From an uncultured virus (IMG/VR IMGVR_UViG_3300025133_000076) (Duplodnaviria; Heunggongvirae; Uroviricota; Caudoviricetes): 20,000 nt of DNA. The position numbers and the translations under genes are program-made. Shown here in pieces: positions 16,390-20,000 of the stretch. The notes beneath the pieces are model-generated. The model made no database searches and was not told the DNA's origin. It worked only from the letters and a program-made list of their open reading frames with translations. The stretch lies in IMG/VR virus record IMGVR_UViG_3300025133_000076. One strand, written 5' to 3'. Each line of letters starts with the position of its first letter. Within the stretch, counting starts at the first letter, position 1.

Positions 16390-16956
16390 ATGAGCAATCC
16401 AGAGTTCATTATTTATACAGGCCCTATGTTCGGCGGGAAAACAACGAGACTTCTAAGTGAGATTGAAAGATACAGGCATAAAGGAAAGGCTATACTGGCC
16501 TTTAAGCCGACTATAGACTCCAGATACTATGATGAGTATATAGTAACTCATAATGGGCTGAAGGTTTTTGCTAAAAAAATTCTTCATGCAGAAGAAATGT
16601 TGCTAACTTTAGACGAAGGCTGCTCTGACAATCAAATAGTTGTTGTAGATGAAGCTTTTATGATTAAAGATATAGGGAAAATTCTTCCTATTATATTTCA
16701 AAAAGGCTGGACCGTATTAGCCTCTACACTACAGCTATCTGCATCAGGGCGAGTATTTGACGAGGTTGAAAAGATTTTGCCCTGGGCTACTAAAGTCGTT
16801 GTTTGCCCTGCCGTATGTACTATGTGTAGTAATGATGCCTTTTATACATTTAGAAAAGTAGATGGACTAGAAGAAATAGCTGTAGGCGGAAACGATCTTT
16901 ATGAACCAAGATGCTTTGGACATTACTTTGGAGATAAACATGATAAGTCCCAGTAA
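16390..16956 (+). CDS. tdk: Thymidine kinase (TK1/Tdk type)
   Basis: P-loop GPMFGGKT, FKPTIDSRY, Walker B VVVDEAF, Zn/lasso motifs CTMC and YEPRC. Confidence 0.95.
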   Translation: MSNPEFIIYTGPMFGGKTTRLLSEIERYRHKGKAILAFKPTIDSRYYDEYIVTHNGLKVFAKKILHAEEMLLTLDEGCSDNQIVVVDEAFMIKDIGKILPIIFQKGWTVLASTLQLSASGRVFDEVEKILPWATKVVVCPAVCTMCSNDAFYTFRKVDGLEEIAVGGNDLYEPRCFGHYFGDKHDKSQ

Positions 16957-17383
16957 AAATACCGCTATTGCAAGAAAAAAGCCATCGGCTCCTCTTCTTT
17001 TCTTGGAAAAGAATAATATGCTGAATGGAACCATCCTTGACTATGGTTGCGGAAAAGGAATGGATGAAAAGTATCTGTTATCTAGGGGATTCGACGTTGA
17101 TGCTTATGATCCAAATTGGAATCCGGTATCAATAGATAGGGATTATGATGTAATTCTCTGCACTTATGTTCTCAATGTTGTAGATGAAAAAATAGAACCT
17201 TCTGTTATAAGCGCGGTAATGTCCCTCCTAAAAGATGGCGGAAAAGCCTACTTCTCTGTTCGAAGAGATATAAAGAAAGAGGGCCTGACTAGTCGTGGCT
17301 TCCAGAGAAATGTTTTGCTAGATAAGAAAGTTGTAAAAGAATACCGTGGCAATTACTGTATTTACGAATTAACGAAGAATTAA
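16940..17383 (+). CDS. Class I SAM-dependent methyltransferase
   Basis: Motif I ILDYGCGKG, YDP, and YDVILCTYVLNVV. ATG 16940 preferred over track start 16901. Confidence 0.88.
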   Translation: MISPSKNTAIARKKPSAPLLFLEKNNMLNGTILDYGCGKGMDEKYLLSRGFDVDAYDPNWNPVSIDRDYDVILCTYVLNVVDEKIEPSVISAVMSLLKDGGKAYFSVRRDIKKEGLTSRGFQRNVLLDKKVVKEYRGNYCIYELTKN

Positions 17384-17409
17384 AGGGCAATTTCTTTTTT
17401 TTATTTCTT

Positions 17410-17429
17410 TTTTTGCACCAACTATTGTA
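17410..17429 (+). promoter_or_regulatory. Repeated intergenic motif copy 3 (TTTTTGCACCAACTATTGTA) upstream of tmRNA
   Basis: 17/20 identical to the copies at 5470 and 8216. Confidence 0.55.
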
Positions 17430-17473
17430 CCATGCGAACAGGTATGTGCTGTTTATAACAACTATTTATATGA

Positions 17474-17867
17474 GGGGGCGCAATGGTTTCGACAGGGTAA
17501 TGAGAGCGGATAGTGCAAGCGGTCTACGGTAACGAATGACCTAAAGATTGTTACAAAACTTATAATTGCCAATAACAATTATTACTACAACAACGTCGCT
17601 TTAGCGGCTTAGTTGTCTGGGCTTCTAGCGGCCTTGTCACCCAATGTTAGATAACAGGTAGAGATCCTGCGAAAATAAAAAATCAAGATGGATACCTCAT
17701 CAGTATCGGTGAAAGTCCGACTGTAGGGATGAGTGGACTTCTGAGGCTACATAGGGAGAGGGTTTCTGTGGCTACCTTGCTGATTTGGGAATAAATCAGA
17801 CAAGCTTGTGAATGACTTGAAGAATGAGTTGCTTTGGACGCGGGTTCGACTCCCGCCGCCTCCACCA
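17474..17867 (+). ncRNA. ssrA: tmRNA (transfer-messenger RNA)
   Basis: 5' GGGGGCG..GGTTTCGAC and 3' GCGGGTTCGACTCCCGC-CGCCTCC-ACCA with a G3-U alanine pair. Tag frame 17568-17612 encodes ANNNYYYNNVALAA*. Confidence 0.96.
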
Positions 17868-17879
17868 TCTATTCTCCGC

Positions 17880-17929
17880 GCCTCCACTGTTTTTATTATC
17901 TATTTACCATAATAGACAGTGGAGGTTTC
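17880..17929 (+). terminator. Hairpin downstream of tmRNA (terminator or processing element)
   Basis: CCTCCACTGTTT (17881-17892) pairs with AGACAGTGGAGG (17914-17925); only a short TTT follows. Confidence 0.45.
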
Positions 17930-18091
17930 AGAATAGAAGAAGATTCCATATTGATTAATGATATGGGAGCTACTGCTTGTAGTTTCGGGCCGGGAATTAG
18001 TATCGAAACTCCGGGAGAAGAAAGAAACACAGGCTGGATTCGAACTCTTTGCGATACATGCTATTTAAAAATTCAATAAGAAGAGGTAACA

Positions 18092-18319
18092 ATGTTTAAT
18101 CCTAGAAGTTTAGTTGGAAAAGAGGTTCGTGCTTTGGGTGATAAAGAATATGGACACCGTGTTTTGATTTATCATTCAGACATACAGAAGTATGTTGTCG
18201 AGACTATTTACTGGAATGATGGCAAAATAGTGAATCCAGATTATCTTGGAAGTACAATTAGCAAAGATGATTTGTTTAATAAGTATGATGTAAAGTCTGC
18301 TAGAGAACAAGAGAGATAA
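18092..18319 (+). CDS. Hypothetical protein
   Basis: 75-aa ORF with GAGGT SD. Confidence 0.7.
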   Translation: MFNPRSLVGKEVRALGDKEYGHRVLIYHSDIQKYVVETIYWNDGKIVNPDYLGSTISKDDLFNKYDVKSAREQER

Positions 18320-18357
18320 GAAATACTAATAATATCGGTATACATAAAGAATTATAA

Positions 18358-18861
18358 ATGACTGATAGAATTACAAATTTTGAAACCTATTTGAACGAAC
18401 CATACACCTGGAGTGTTGATTCTTTAAATAAAGCCGCATGTGAATCATGCAGCGAAAAAAAACAGGCGAAAGAGGAAACTTCATGTTGCCCCGAATGTCA
18501 TTTTGAATTTGAAGAAGAAGAGGCGGTTCCTTTTCTTTCCGATAAAATTAAAAAGAAACTTTTAAAAGAGCATAAAGACCTTGAAGAGAAAGGGTTTCCG
18601 AAAAAAGAAATGCTTGCACATAGCAAGCGTGAAGTAAAGTGGTTTGAAGAGGCTGGCGTTCCTTGTGAAATATTGACCAGAATAAAAGAAGATCATGCAA
18701 TTCTTCTGGGTAATAAAGATAGTTCTTCCCGGCCTAACAATATTGCTTCAAAGGTTAAGCACAGCCTTATAAAACTTTCTAATTATTTAGATTCGATGGG
18801 ACATATCAAAGCTGCCGATGAAATTGATTTACTTATCTATAATGCATCAGGAGAATTATGA
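18358..18861 (+). CDS. Hypothetical protein with Cys motifs, possible hemerythrin/HHE-like segment and C-terminal shared helical module
   Basis: CESC and CCPECH; LLKEH..HSKRE..IKEDH; C-terminal SLIKLSNYLDSMGHIKAADEIDLLIYNAS. Confidence 0.75.
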   Translation: MTDRITNFETYLNEPYTWSVDSLNKAACESCSEKKQAKEETSCCPECHFEFEEEEAVPFLSDKIKKKLLKEHKDLEEKGFPKKEMLAHSKREVKWFEEAGVPCEILTRIKEDHAILLGNKDSSSRPNNIASKVKHSLIKLSNYLDSMGHIKAADEIDLLIYNASGEL

Positions 18862-19232
18862 AGAATACAGGAATAGGAATAATCCTATTAATTGGGGCGT
18901 TTGGGGTAATATTAATCAGTATGCTGGCATTCATTTTAGGAGCAACAGTACCCCCAGCATCACAAGAGGAAAGAATTGGCAGCGTTGTAAATGGCCGAAT
19001 TGTATACGAAGACTTTTGCGCAGGATGTCATCAAGCAGACGGCAAAGGAATGAATGGAATGTTGGGCGCAGATTTTACTGATAAAGAAAGAATGAAAAAA
19101 TCAAACGACGAATTGCTTAAATCCATAAAATCCGGATTTAAAGGGAAGAACGGTGTGATGCCACCATGGGAAGGGACATTATCAGATAAACAAATGAAAG
19201 ATGTTTTACAATATATAAGAGATACATTTTAG
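18858..19232 (+). CDS. Membrane-anchored/exported class I cytochrome c (c6/c553-like)
   Basis: N-terminal hydrophobic helix, heme motif CAGCH, distal Met in GVMPPW, C-terminal helix LSDKQMKDVLQYI. Confidence 0.92.
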   Translation: MKNTGIGIILLIGAFGVILISMLAFILGATVPPASQEERIGSVVNGRIVYEDFCAGCHQADGKGMNGMLGADFTDKERMKKSNDELLKSIKSGFKGKNGVMPPWEGTLSDKQMKDVLQYIRDTF

Positions 19233-19240
19233 GGGGAAGG

Positions 19241-20000
19241 TTGAAAAAAGCAGAAGAGCAAGAAGAATTGGTGAGTCTACAGAAGATAACCGAAAATACC
19301 GAAATATCAAAAACAACTTTTGACACCCCAAGGTTTACACAACTTTTAAAAATGTCAGGAGCTATACTTAAAAACAGGATTTCATTTAAAAATCCGCTCA
19401 TGTTAATGCACTCAGTCACTGAGGCGTGTAATGCTAAATGCCCCTATTGTGTATTTCGCCATGGAAAAGGACGCCCTAACGAAATGTCTCTAGACGAGAT
19501 TTCCTCTCTATATAAAGAGGCGGAGAAACTTTCTATGCAATATGTTCACATCTGGGGAGGGGAGCCGCTTATTCATCCGAGAATTTCTCAGATTTTAACC
19601 CTCGCAAAAGAATCTCGACTAATAACCGGACTTGTTACGAATGGTGCCTTTTTAAGAAAGAGGGCTGATGATATAATCCCCAAGCTTGATAGACTTTATA
19701 TCTCCCTTGATTACCCCGGCCCTCACCATAACACTTTGAGGGAAACTCCTGGGCTTTATGAAGCCGCCATAGAGGGGGTTAAGTATATTCACTCAAAATG
19801 GAAAGATCAACCAATAGTCGTTAGTTTTACATTAATGAAAGATAATGCTGATGCTATTGTTGAAATGGCCGCGCTATGTAGTGAAATAGGTGCAAGGCTA
19901 TATGTTAATCCGATGCGAGAAACTTCAAATTCAGATTCAGATCAAATCTCAATCCTCCAAAATAAAGAAGTTTTTGAGGTTAATAACAGTGACAGAATAA
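19241..20000 (+). CDS. Radical SAM protein (probably SPASM/twitch-type), 3'-truncated by the window edge; not in the ORF track
   Basis: Open frame from TTG 19241 to the end. CNAKCPYC (CxxxCxxC) at 19427-19450, WGGEPL, VTNG, ISLDYP..HNTLR. Confidence 0.92.
   Translation, partial: MKKAEEQEELVSLQKITENTEISKTTFDTPRFTQLLKMSGAILKNRISFKNPLMLMHSVTEACNAKCPYCVFRHGKGRPNEMSLDEISSLYKEAEKLSMQYVHIWGGEPLIHPRISQILTLAKESRLITGLVTNGAFLRKRADDIIPKLDRLYISLDYPGPHHNTLRETPGLYEAAIEGVKYIHSKWKDQPIVVSFTLMKDNADAIVEMAALCSEIGARLYVNPMRETSNSDSDQISILQNKEVFEVNNSDRI

Noticed and set aside
5470..17429. CRISPR array or att sites from the repeated 20-mer
   Set aside because: Copies are kilobases apart with no regular spacers and no cas or integrase gene in the window.
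17683..18079. ORFs 17683..17868 (-) and 17834..18079 (+) as full genes
   Set aside because: Both overlap the tmRNA 3' domain. MVEAAGVEPAS and MDAGSTPAAST are typical translations of the tmRNA/tRNA T-arm.
10018..19081. Alternative-frame + strand ORFs 10018..10239, 13984..14166 and 18818..19081
   Set aside because: They overlap better-supported genes (ligase, ORF 13947, cytochrome c) and have no independent evidence.
403..19419. All minus-strand ORFs in the track (e.g. 1236-1589, 3698-4030, 14738-15130, 19138-19419)
   Set aside because: They are antisense shadows of well-supported + strand genes or RNAs and show no recognisable motifs.
1..20000. Stop-codon reassignment (TAG/TGA recoding seen in some large phages)
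   Set aside because: Long conserved genes are intact in code 11, and TAG/TGA end genes at sensible, tightly packed positions (e.g. 4490, 19232, 3666).

Overview
AT-rich, gene-dense window with essentially all credible genes on the + strand. It is most consistent with a segment of a large (jumbo-type) bacteriophage genome. It holds many short hypothetical ORFs, four CCA-ending tRNAs (Lys-TTT, CAT, Asn-GTT, Thr-TGT) and a tmRNA (tag ANNNYYYNNVALAA). Recognisable proteins are an ATP-dependent DNA ligase, an RpoH-like sigma factor, thymidine kinase, a SAM methyltransferase, a Zn-dependent deaminase, a permuted papain-like amidase, a degenerate cupin, a class I cytochrome c and a radical SAM enzyme that runs off the end. 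Three unexplained signals stand out. (1) A ~290-nt multi-hairpin, apparently pseudoknotted RNA-like element sits inside the tRNA cluster. (2) A ~30-aa 'LIKxxNxLDxxGxxxEADxLD...KxA' module is shared by 4-5 otherwise unrelated proteins, most preceded by a similar AT-rich upstream motif. (3) A 20-nt intergenic motif is repeated three times and may be a phage promoter. All calls come from reading the sequence by eye; no searches were run.
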